A program made the position numbers and the translations under genes. From an uncultured Candidatus Saccharibacteria bacterium (GTDB lineage Bacteria > Patescibacteriota > Minisyncoccia > Phycocordibacterales > SBAW01): DNA of 64,000 nucleotides. Below, piece by piece: positions 19,901 through 31,900 of the stretch. Position 1 is the first letter of the stretch; every line of letters starts with the position of its first letter. The notes beneath the pieces were generated by a model. It was not told the DNA's origin, did no database searches, and saw nothing but the letters and a program-made list of their open reading frames with translations. The stretch is from assembly GCA_964650645.1 (NCBI GenBank), contig CAZYUH010000001.1:411032-475031 (forward strand), read 5' to 3'.

Positions 19901-22900
19901 CAGCACGGTACGCGGGATGGTCTCGGCCTCGGGCCCGCTCTCGTACAACTCCTCGACCGGCATCTTCTCCATCTTCCAGGCCGGCGCGGGCCAGGACGGC
20001 TACCTCTCGTCTGCCGACTGGTCCGCCTTCAACGGCAAGCTCTCCAGCTCATCCATCGACACCTCCACCGAGCTCGCGTCGCTCATCGGCGACGAGACCG
20101 GCACGGGCGCGCTCGTATTCGGCACGGGCGCGACGCTGGCTTCCACGACGCTGTCGGGCAGCACGCTGCTCTCGAATGCCACCACTACGAACCTCGCCAT
20201 CACCGGCGTTACGTCGTCCTTGCTGAAGACCCTGGCAAACGGAGCGGTCGTGCCCGCCGTCGCCGGCAGCGATTACCTGACCAGCGCCACTATCTACCAG
20301 TACCCGTTCCCGAACAACGCGACGTCGACCCTCATAGCGTTCAACGGCGGCATTACCGCCGCCGCCTCGACGCTGTCCTCCACGACGCTTTCCGGCAGCA
20401 CGCTCCTTTCCAACGCGACGACGACCTCGCTCGGCTTCTCGGGGCTCGCCTCGACCCTGCTTAAGACCAACGCGCAGGGGACGGTGGTCGCCGCGAACGC
20501 CGGCACCGACTACGAGAATCCGCTCACATTCTCGACGGGCCTCAGCCGCATCGGGGACGTGGTGTCCAACAGCGGCGTCACGTCGGCGACCGGCACCCTC
20601 AACCAGATCAGCGTCAGCGCGAATACCGGCAATATAACCTTCTCGCTCCCGTCGCTCGTCAATCTCACCAACCTCACGGTCGCTGCGGCCACCACGACGA
20701 ACTCGTTCACGTCCGGCGCGCTGAGCGCTTCGACGGCGCGCTTCGGCTCGACGGCCACCACGACTATCGACGCGGCGGGCAACCTCGCGGTCGCGGGCAC
20801 CTTCGACGGCGCGGGCCTCGCGTCCTGCAGCGGCACCGCCGACAAGCTCCTGTGGAACGCGGGCGTGTTCTCCTGCGGCGTCGATTCCGGTTCCGGCGGC
20901 GGCACCAGCGAGATAAACTGGACCTGGTTCAACGGCTCGGCGGTCCGCGTCTCGACCTCGACCAACCAGGTGCTCATCGGCACCAACGCCACCTCGACGC
21001 TCGCCAAGCTCGAGGTGGTGGGCGGCGTCTTTACCGACAATGCGACCTCCACCGCGAGCCTGTTCGGCGGCCGCATAACGGGCAACAGCGCGGCGTTCGG
21101 CACGACCGCGTCGACCACCATCGACGCGCTGGGCAACGTGGGCATCGGCTCGACGACGCCGTCGGCGCGCCTCGCGGTCGTGGGCGGAAACATACTGCAG
21201 ACCGCGTCCGGCGATCCCAAGCTGGTCGCTTCAAGCGCGCTCGGCCACCGTACCTATGCCACGGCCGTATCGGGCCGGTACGCCTATGTCGCCAACGAGA
21301 CCGGGGGCCTGCGCATCCTCGATATCTCGAACCCGGCGGCTCCGGTCGTGACCGGCTCGTTCGCGTACAACGGCGGGTCTTCGGCAGCTATATCCATAGC
21401 GGTCGCGGGCCAGTACGCGTACGTCGGCGACAACGCCATAGGCCTCGTTATCATCGATGTCTCCAACCCGGCCGCGCCCTCGGTCGTGAGCACGAGCGCT
21501 ATCGTCAACGATCCGTGGAACCTCGCGCTTTCCGGCAAGTACCTGTACGTGGCGGACGGCAATGCCAAGGCGCTCAAGATAATAGACGTCTCCAACCCGG
21601 CCGCGCCGGTGGTGGCCGGCTCTTTCGTCTCCGGCGGCTCGACCCAGCCGCAGGCCGTGGCGGTAGCGGGCAAGTACGCGTACATGAGCGACGCCTCGCT
21701 GGGCAACATATATATAGTAGACATCTCGAACCCCACGGCGCCCGCCCTGACCGCCACCTACGCATCGGGCGGCTCTCCGATGAGCCTGTACGCTTCGGGC
21801 AAGTACCTGTACGTGGCGGACCTCGTAAACGGCTTTTATTCGCTCAATGTCAGCAATCCCAATGCTACCCCGACGCTGGTCGGCAGCTATGCGGGCTCGC
21901 ACTACGGCGTAGCGGTCGCGGGCCAGTACGCCTACATCGCCAACGACGCGGGCCACGAGCTGACCGTGCTCGACCTTGCCAACCAGTCGAGCCCGGCGCT
22001 GGTGGGCGGCGTCGATGTCGGCGACGAGGCGCTCGGCATCACCATGGCGGGCAAGTACGCCTTCATCGCTGCCAACCTCAACGGCCTCGCGGTCGTCGAC
22101 GTGAACGGCGCGAGCTTCCCGGCCGCGAACATCGCGAGCCTCCAGAGCGGCATGGCGAACATCGCCGACGCGCTCACCGTGGGCGGCAATATATACGCCG
22201 GCGGCGGGCTCGATGTCGGCGTATCGGGCATCTACAGCCGCGGCACAATCGCCGCCTACGTCGCGAGCTCGACCGAGCTTAATCCCGTCGTGGCGACCTT
22301 CATGGGCGGCAACGTCGGGATAGGCACTACCTCGCCGTTCGCAAAGCTCTCGGTCGGCGGCAGCGGATTCTTCGGCGGCTCGCTCACCGCGAGCAGTATA
22401 ACCGCGAGCACGTCGGCCTCGCTCGCTTCGACGACGCTTGTAGGGAACACGCTCCTCTCTAACGCAACGACGACATCGTTTGCGATTTCCGGCATTTCGG
22501 GCGCGCTTCTTAAGACCCTCGCAAACGGCGCGGTCGTCCCGGCGGTGGCGGGCACCGACTACGCTTCGCCGTCGGATATCTTCGCCTACCCGTTCCCGTC
22601 AAACGCCACCACCACCCAGCTGGCGTTCAATGGGGGATTGAGCGCGACGACCATCACGGCGAACGCCGCGACCTCGACGTCGCTCTTTAGCGGCCGCGTC
22701 ACGGGCAACACGGCGAGCTTCGGCGCGACCGCGACCTCGTCGTTCTCGAGCAACGGCACGCTCAGCCTCGCGGGGCTCTCAAGCGCCCTGCTTTCCACAG
22801 ACGCCTCCGGCGCCGTCGTCGCTACCACTACGCTCTCCACTAACTACCTCTTCGGGCACCTCGGATTCATCAACGGCGTGGCGTTCAGCGCGGGCGGCAG

Positions 22901-25900
22901 CAGCATCATCACCGCCGCCTCCTCCACGCTCTTGGCGAACAACAATACCTTCAGCGGAACCAACACCTTCTCTAATATCATCACCGGCTCCGTGTCCGGC
23001 AATGCGGGGACCGCCACGGCCCTCCAGACCCCCCGCACCATCAACGGCGTCACCTTCGACGGCACCGGAAACATAGTGATTACTGCGGCATCCTCTACTT
23101 TGCTTGCAAACAACAACACGTTCAGCGGCACCAACATCTTCAGCAACACGATCAACGGCTCCATCACCGGCAACGCGGGCACGGTGACCAACGGCGTGTA
23201 CACCACCACCTTTGGCGGCCTGTTCGCGGGGCAGCTCGCGGGCACGACGACCGACGCGCTGGCGGAAGGCTCGGCCAACCTCTACTACACCCAAGCCCGC
23301 GCCACCGCGAACTTCATCGCGAACCTCGCGGGCACGTCGAGCGTCGCCTCCATCACGACGCTCCCGAACCTCTCCCTGCCGTCCTCGCAGGTGACGGGCC
23401 TGTTCGCGTATCCGTTCCCCAGCAACGCCACCACCACCTCCATCGCCTTCAACGGCGGCCTCACCGGCACGCTCACGGGCTCGCTCGTAGGCAACGCCTC
23501 CACCGCCACGGCCCTCCAGACCCCCCGCACCATCAACGGCGTCACCTTCGACGGCACCTCCAACATCACCGTAACCGCGGCCTCCTCCACGCTCTTGGCG
23601 AACAACAACACGTTCAGCGGCACCAACACGTTCTCAAATACCATCAACGGCTCCATCACCGGCAACGCGGGCACGGTGACCAACGGCGTGTACACCACGA
23701 CGTTCAACTCGCTCTTCGACCCGCGCTTCGTCACTCAGCTCGCGGCAACCTCCTCAATCGCGAGCATCACCACCTTGCCGAACCTCTCGCTCCCGTACTC
23801 CCAGCTCACGGGCACGCCCGCCATCGCGGGCTACCCGTTCGCAGGGGCAGGGAACTCGACCTCGACGCTGACCCAATTCAACGGCGGCCTGACCGCGTAC
23901 GCGAGCTCGACCATCGGCAACGGCACGGCAACCGGCGGCCTCACCGTCAGCGGTAATGCGACGACGACCGGCAATGCGTACATTGCCGGCAATCTAACCG
24001 CAGCCGGAACCGTGGCGGCAAACGGCGTATCCACGGCGATGATAAGGGACGCATCAAGCGTCAGCGCCTTGGATATAGCGAATAGGAGGCTGCTGGATTC
24101 CGGCACGGTCAATGCTCTGGATTTCAGCTCCGCTTCAAGCATCAAGCTCACTCAATACACTTCAAACGGCTTCCTCAAGACTTCAGGCGGCAATGGAACC
24201 TTGTCTGTCGATACGACGATATCGACATCTGGCGGCAATGTCGGCATCGGCACCACTAGCCCGTACGCAAAGCTTTCTGTCGCAGGCCAAGTCGTCGCGG
24301 CAAGCTTCGTGGGTACTACCACCGCTACCTCTACGCTTGGTGGTGGTATGAATATCGCCTCGGGCTGCTACGCCGTAAACGGCACGTGCCTCTCTGCGGC
24401 AAGCCTCGGCGCCTCCACCTTCGCCTACCCGTTCCCCTCGAACGCCACCACGACCCAGATCGCGTTCAACGGCGGCGCCACCTTTGCCGGCGCCACCACG
24501 ACCGCGCTCGCAGTGACCGGCTCGACCACCGTCTCCTCGGTCCTCAACGTCGGCGGCGTAATCAACGCCAACGGCGGCATCACCGCCGGTACGTACAACG
24601 CATCCGGCGCGTCATCGACCGTCCTGTCGCTTAGCGGCCAGGCGCTGCTCTCAGCCTCGAGTACCACCAGTTCCGTCTTCCTGGGGCTGAACTCGGGTGC
24701 GTTGAACCAGTCGACCGGCGTCTATAACAGCGGCCTCGGCGCCGGCGCGCTCGCTTCCAACACCACCGGTACCCGCAACAGCGCCTTCGGCTTCGCGACC
24801 CTCGTCTCCAACACCAGCGGCGCCGGCAACACCGCCGCGGGCTTCCAGTCCATGCAGTCAAACACTGTCGGCATTAATAACAGCGCCTTCGGCTACAATT
24901 CGCTCGCCACCAACAGCTACGGCGTCTACAACACCGCGGTCGGCTCCCATTCGCTTTTTGCAAATACTAGCGGCGTCTACAACACCGCCAGCGGCTACGC
25001 CTCCCTCGTCTTCAACAGCTACGGCACCTTCAATAGCGCCTTCGGCTCCCAGGCGCTCTACAACAACGGCAGCGGATCCTACAACAGCGCCTTCGGCTAC
25101 TTCGCGGGGAAGACCAACACTGTCGGCACTTCAACGACTCTGGTCGGCTCCTTCAGCGACGTCGCGGCGAACAATCTCTCCACTTCGACCGCCATCGGCG
25201 CCGGCGCCGTGGTTAGCGCGAGCAACTCCTTGGTTCTCGGCGGCCTGGGGCAGAGCAGCGTGCTCGCGGGCGTGGGCACGACGACGCCGTTCGCGCGCTT
25301 CAGCATCCAGGCGAACCCGACCGACTCCGTTCCCAATGCCATGCTCTTCGCCATCGGCTCATCGACCGCGAGCGCGACCACCACGCTCTTCTCGGTCTCC
25401 AACACCGGTTCCACTACCGCGCAGAACGGCATCAATATCGCCAACGGCTGCTACGCCGTAAACGGCGCCTGCCTCTCGGCGGCGACGTTCGGCGCGTCGA
25501 CCTTCGCCTACCCGTTCCCATCCAACGCCACCACCACCTCCATCGCCTTCAACGGCGGCCTCACCGGCACGCTCACGGGCTCGCTCGTAGGCAACGCCTC
25601 CACCGCCACGGCCCTCCAGACCCCCCGCACCATCAACGGCGTCACCTTCGACGGCACCGGAAACATAGTGATTACTGCGGCATCCTCTACTTTGCTTGCA
25701 AACAACAACACGTTCAGCGGCACCAACACGTTCTCCAACACCATCAGCGGCTCAATCACCGGCAACGCGGGCACGGTCACGAACGGCGTCTATACCACGA
25801 CCTTTGGCGGCCTGTTCGCGGGGCAGCTCGCGGGTACCACGACCGACGCGCTGGCGGAAGGCTCGGCCAACCTCTACTACACCCAAGCCCGCGCCACCGC

Positions 25901-28900
25901 GAACTTCATCGCCAACCTCGCGGGCACGTCGAGCGTCGCCTCCATCACGACGCTCCCGAACCTCTCCATACTCTCCTCGCAGGTCTCCGACCTGGCGACG
26001 ACGATCGGCGCCGCGTACCCGTTCGCGCTGGCGGGCAACGCGACCTCGACCCTGACGCAGTTCAATGGAGGCCTCACCGCGTACGCATCCTCGACCATCG
26101 GCAACGGCACCGCGGGCCTCACCGTCTCCGGCAACTCGACCACGACCGGCACCGCGTACTTCGTGGGCAACGTGGGCATCGGTACGACTTCGCCGTTTGC
26201 AGCGCTGTCGGTACAGGGCGCTTCATCGCAAGCCGCCGCGACAAATGCCCCTGTTGCCTTTTCGGTACTTGGCGGTACGGGCTCGACTACGGGCCTGGGA
26301 GGCGCAATTGCCCTTACTGGAGGCACTGGCGGCAATGGCGTTGGTGGTAGTGGCGGAGGCATTTCCCTGACAGGTGGAAATAGCGGAGGAGGCATAGCTT
26401 CTGCGGGAGGAACAGTCGCTCTTTCTGCAGGCAATGGAGGAGGCGCTACTCCCGGCGCCGGCGGCGCTTTGACGATCTCCGGAGGAATAGCTTCAGGAAA
26501 CGCCGGAGGCATCGTAATTAGTTCGGGAAGCGCCAATATTGCCGCATCAAACACCTCCGGCGGAAACATAACCATGATAGCGGGCAACGGCGGCGGTGCA
26601 GGTTCAGTAGGTGCTGGAGGAAGCTTCACTTTTAACAGCGGCAGCGGCAATGTGGGCTCTGCCTCGCAGGCGGCCGGCAGCTTTACCTTTAACGGCGGCA
26701 GCGCCGGAGCCTCTAAGCAGGGAGGCAGCTTTGCCTTTAACGGAGGCGCCGGCTCGACAACCGGCAACGGCGGTGATTTCTCGATTACCGGGGGTACGGG
26801 CGGCAACTCGGCAGGATCGCGCGGCGGCAACATCACTTTGAATCCTGGCGCAGCAGGGACGAGCGGCGCGGTTGGCAATGTGCTGCTGGCAACCTTAAAC
26901 GGCAATGTCGGCATAGGCACCACCAGCCCGTACGCCAAGCTTTCTGTCGCTGGCTCGGTCGTAGCCGCCAGCTTCGTGGGCACCACCACCGCAACCTCTA
27001 CGCTCGGCGGCGGCATGGACATCGCTACCGGCTGCTACGCCATCAACGGAACCTGCCTCTCGGCGGCAAGCCTCGGCGCCTCGACCTTCGCGTACCCGTT
27101 CCCCTCGAACGCGACCTCCACCTCAATCGCGTTCAGCGGCGGGCTGACCGGCACGCTCACGGGCTCCCTGGTGGGCAACGCCTCCACCGCCACGGCGCTG
27201 CAGACCGGCCGCGCGATCAACGGCGTCACCTTCGACGGCACTTCCAACATCACCGTCACCGCGGCGTCCTCGACGCTCCTCGCCAACGACAACACGTTCT
27301 CGGGCACCAACACGTTCAGCAACACCATCAGCGGCTCCATCACCGGCAACGCCGGCACCGTCACCAACGGCGTATACACGACCACGTTCAACGGCCTGTT
27401 CGACAATCGCCTCTCGGCCTCGTCGTCGATCGCGGGCATCACGACGCTGCCGAACCTCTCGCTGCCGGCTTCGCAGGTCACCGGGCTTGCGGCCTACCCG
27501 TTCCCGTCCAACGCCACCACCACGCAGATCGCGTTCAACGGCGGGCTGACGGCGTATGCCTCGACCACTATCGGCAATGGCACCGCGATCGGCGGCCTTA
27601 CCATCAGCGGCGGCGCGACGACGACGGGCACCGCGTACTTCGCGGGCAATGTGGGCATCGGCACCTCTTCTCCCTACCAGGCGCTCTCCGTGGTCGGCAG
27701 CACTACGCTCCAGGCCAATGCTGCGGCGGCTTATTCCTGGACCAACGCCTCGCAGCCGGAGGGCGTGACGCTCCGCATCGGAGCCGATGGCTCTAGCGTA
27801 GCCGGCCTCCTGATACAGGGCTCCAATAGCGGGGCAGGCATAACCGATTACCTGTCCGTATACAATCGCTTCGGCACGAGGCTCTTTGGCGTGACCGATA
27901 GCGGGGTCGGTATCGGAGGCAATACCAGGCTGACCGTCGGCCCGGGCTTTGCATCCGGCGCATCGCTAAACCCGACCGGCGTAAACGACTACAGCATATT
28001 CGGCTCTTCGGCGACAAGCACGCCTGCTCAGCTCATATGGGACGCGCGCCGAGGCACGTTCTACGAAGACAGGACCACCCCGATCCTGCGCTTTGCGGGC
28101 AATGTTGGAGGAGGCAATAGCCCGATTATCGGGGAATCCGTCGGAGGCATAAACATACTCAATGCCAGCACGACGCGCGGACTTTCCTTCGCCAGCTACG
28201 CGTCGAGCACCGGCCAGTTCATCGAGAACTTCCGCATACTCTCGACCGGCAACACCGGCTTCGGCACCTCCAGTCCTTTCGCCAAGCTCGCCGTGCAGGC
28301 CGGCGACGGCGATACGGCGACGACGCTCTTCGCTATCGGCTCTTCGACCGCGAGCGCGACCACCACGCTCTTCTCGGTCTCCAATACCGGCTCGACCACC
28401 ATCCAGAACGGCGTCAACATCGCCGGCGGCTGCTACGCCGTCAACGGCACCTGCCTTTCGGCGGCAACGTTCGGCGCCTCGACCTTCGCCTACCCGTTCC
28501 TCAGCAACGCCACATCGACGACGCTCACGTTCTCGGGAGGACTGCTCGCGACCGCGTCCTCGACCTTCTCGGGCCAGCTCAATCTGGGCGGCACTGCGGC
28601 GAATATCGCGCTCGGCTCCAACTACCTCTCCGGCGACGGCGGCGACGAGGGCGTATTCGTGAACTCCGGCGGCGACGTCGGCATCGGCACCAACGGCCTC
28701 ATTTCAAGCCACGTGCTGACAGTGGCGGGCAACCAGTACCTCTCCGGCGGGCTTGGCGTAGGCGGCGGCAATACGGTGCCGGGTTCGGCGCACATCTACG
28801 GCTCTGCCGGCGATGCGACGTCGCTCACGATTGATGCGCCCAACGCGTCCAGCGCGTCGGCGCTGAACATAAGCGGGCCGTCGAGCGGGAAGGCGTTCGC

Positions 28901-31900
28901 CATTACGGCGACGGGCGAGACCCTGGCGCGCGGCATGTTCTACGTCGACGGCTCGTACGGCATCGGCCCGGGCGGCAACTCGTACTCGCGCGACACGTTC
29001 ATATCGCGCAGCGCGACCAGCACGCTCTTGGTGTCATCGGACATGGCAAGCGGCGCCGCGAACCTCATCGTGACGGGCAACATCGGCGTCGGCACCACCT
29101 CGCCGTACGCGAAGCTCTCGGTGACCGGAGACGCGGTGCTCTCCGGATCGAGCCCGACGCTGACCCTGCACGACACCGGCGGCAACTCGTTCAATACCAT
29201 CCAGAACGCGGGCGGCGGACTGCAATTCAATACCGGGTCGGGCAACAGCATCGTCTTCCAGCAGGCGGGCGTCGAGGCTGCGCGCTTCGTGACGGGCTCG
29301 CGCAATTTCGGCATCGGCACTTCCTCGCCGTCCCAGGCGCTCTCGGTCGCGGGCAACGGCTACGTTTCCGGCGGCTTCGGCATCGGCATGCCTCCGGCAG
29401 CGGCGGGCGGGCTGTACTTCAACCGCGCGGGCAACGACCCGTTCTTCTCGTGGTACGAAAGCGGGGTAAACGTCGGCCAGATACGCGCCGATGCGACCCG
29501 CGGCGGCATCTACTTCGCGGATACGACCGGCGGGACGACGTATTTCCAGGTAAACACCAGCGGAGCCGGGGCGGGCAACGTCGGCGTCGGCACCACCACG
29601 CCGGGCTCCTTGCTCGCCATAGGCAACACCGGCGGCATCAACTTCACGACCGCCACCTCGACCTTCAATACGACCGGCGGCATCAACATCAACTCGGGCT
29701 GCTTTGCCATGAACGGCACCTGCATTACCGCGGGCGGCGGAGGAGGCGTCTCGCTGAGCGCCGCCAATACGTGGACCGCGCTGCAGACCTTCCAGTCCGG
29801 CCTCCTCTCCCAGGCGTCCTCCACCTTCACCGGCGCGCTCACCCTCAGCGGCGGCATCGTCAATTACGCGGCCAACTCGACCTCGACCGTCCCGAACAAC
29901 GCGGCCTACGCGTGGACCATCGCCACCTCCTCGACCGCCCAGCCGCTCTTTGCTATAGACACCACCTCCGGCTCCGAAAGCGTCTCTTTGGGCGCGGCCG
30001 GCGCGGATGTCTACATCGGCGACGCCGGCTCCTCGCCTGATCTCGTGTTCGAGAACAGCGGCACGATAAAGACCGCGAGCGGCGGCACGCTCACGATCGG
30101 CGACGGCTCCGACATCGTCAACTTCGGCGTCAACGTCGGCATCGGCTCGACGACGCCCGGCTCGCTGCTTTCCGTCGGCGACACGAACGGCATCAACTTC
30201 ACGACCGCCACCTCGACCTTCTCCTCCACCGGCGGCATCAACATCGCTTCCGGCTGCTTCGCGGTCAACGGTACGTGCATCACCGGTGGGGGCGGCGGCA
30301 GCTCGGCGTCCTCCACATTGCTCGCTGACTTCAACACCTTCACCAACCTGCAGAGGTTTAACGGCGGCCTGCTCTCGCTCGCGTCCTCGACCATCGGCAA
30401 CGGCAATGCGGGCCTCACCATTTCCGGCAACTCGACCACCACGGGCAACTCGCTGGTCAGCGGCGGGCTCAACGTGGGCACGGTCCCGGTCGCGCCGGTC
30501 ACGGGCGGCATCTACCTCCAGCGCACGACCAATCCGTTCATCTCGTTCTACTACGGCTCGACGCAGGCGGGCCAGCTGCGCGCCAACTCGACGAGCCAGC
30601 TCTCGCTGACCGATCCTACCGGCAACAGCCCGTACCTCTCCATCAACACGTCCGGCGCGGCGGCGGGCAACGTCGGCGTCGGCACCACATCGCCGTTCGC
30701 CAACTTCGCGGTGCAGAAGAACTACGGCTCCACGAACACCACGCTGTTCGCCGTCAGCTCCTCGACCAACAGCGGCGGCACCACGGCGACCACGCTCTTC
30801 AGTGTCGACAGCTCCGGCGTCGCCACGGTGGGCAACGAGTCGGGCGCGGGCGACGCGAACTTCCAGTTCGCCTCCGACGCCAATGCCTGGTCGGTCGGCT
30901 ACAAGTCCTCCGACAAGTCGTTCAACATAGCGTCGTCCACCAACTTCTCGGGCACCGCGGCGCTCTCCATAGCCAAGAACGGCAACGCCACCTTCACGGG
31001 CTCGGGCGGCACCTGCACCATAAACGGCTCGGGCGAGTGCACTTCCGACATCCGCCTCAAGACGGACGTCGCGACGACGACCGGCCAGGACGCGCTCGCG
31101 AAGCTCGCGAAGCTCGACGCCATCACCTACACCTGGTCCGATCCGAAGCTCGACCAGGCGCAGCGCCTCGGCGTCGTCGCCCAGCAGGTGCAGGAGGTGT
31201 TCCCGCAGCTGGTGGGCTCGACGACCGTCAGCTTCATGGGCGTGACCGGCACCTACCTTACTGTCGACTACGGCGGCCTCGCGGCGCCGCTCATCGCCGC
31301 CGTCAACGAGCTCAACCTGCGCACGGGCTTCCTCGCGACGACGACCGCGACCTCCACTCCGGATGAGTTGGCGGACGGCCCGTTCAAGGCCGCGTCCGAT
31401 TGGCTGAAGTCGGCGCTCGCTTCGGGCCTCGACGCCATCCAGGGCGTCGCGGACATCGGCGTGCGCAACGTGGGCGCGGCGATCTACGCGGCGGCGGGCG
31501 CGTTCAACGAGGTGTTCGCGCAGACTATTACCGCCGACACGGTCAAGGCCAAGCAGTTGTGCCTCGAGGATGTCTGCATCACCAAGACTGAGCTCCAGAA
31601 CCTGCTCAACCAGCAGCACTCATCGGGCGGCGGGAGCGGCGGCAACGGCGGCGGGGGAGGGTCGGTGCCGCCGCCGGCGCCCGAACCTGCGGGCCCCGAG
31701 CCGGAGCCGCAGGCGTCGTCCACGCCGGAAACGGCGCCCGAGCCCGAGGCGCCGTCGCCTGGCGAGGCGTCTCCCGGGCCTGAGGCGCCTGCCCCCGAAC
31801 CGGACGCTCCCGCGCCTGAAGCGACTCCGGAGCCCGAACCGGAACCCGAGGATCCTGCTCCGCAGGATGCGCCCGCTCCCGCTCCGGCAAGCGCTCCGGC

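Noticed and set aside
15200-28530. CRISPR-like array from recurring repeats
   Set aside because: Repeats are in-frame coding modules with irregular long spacing; no cas genes
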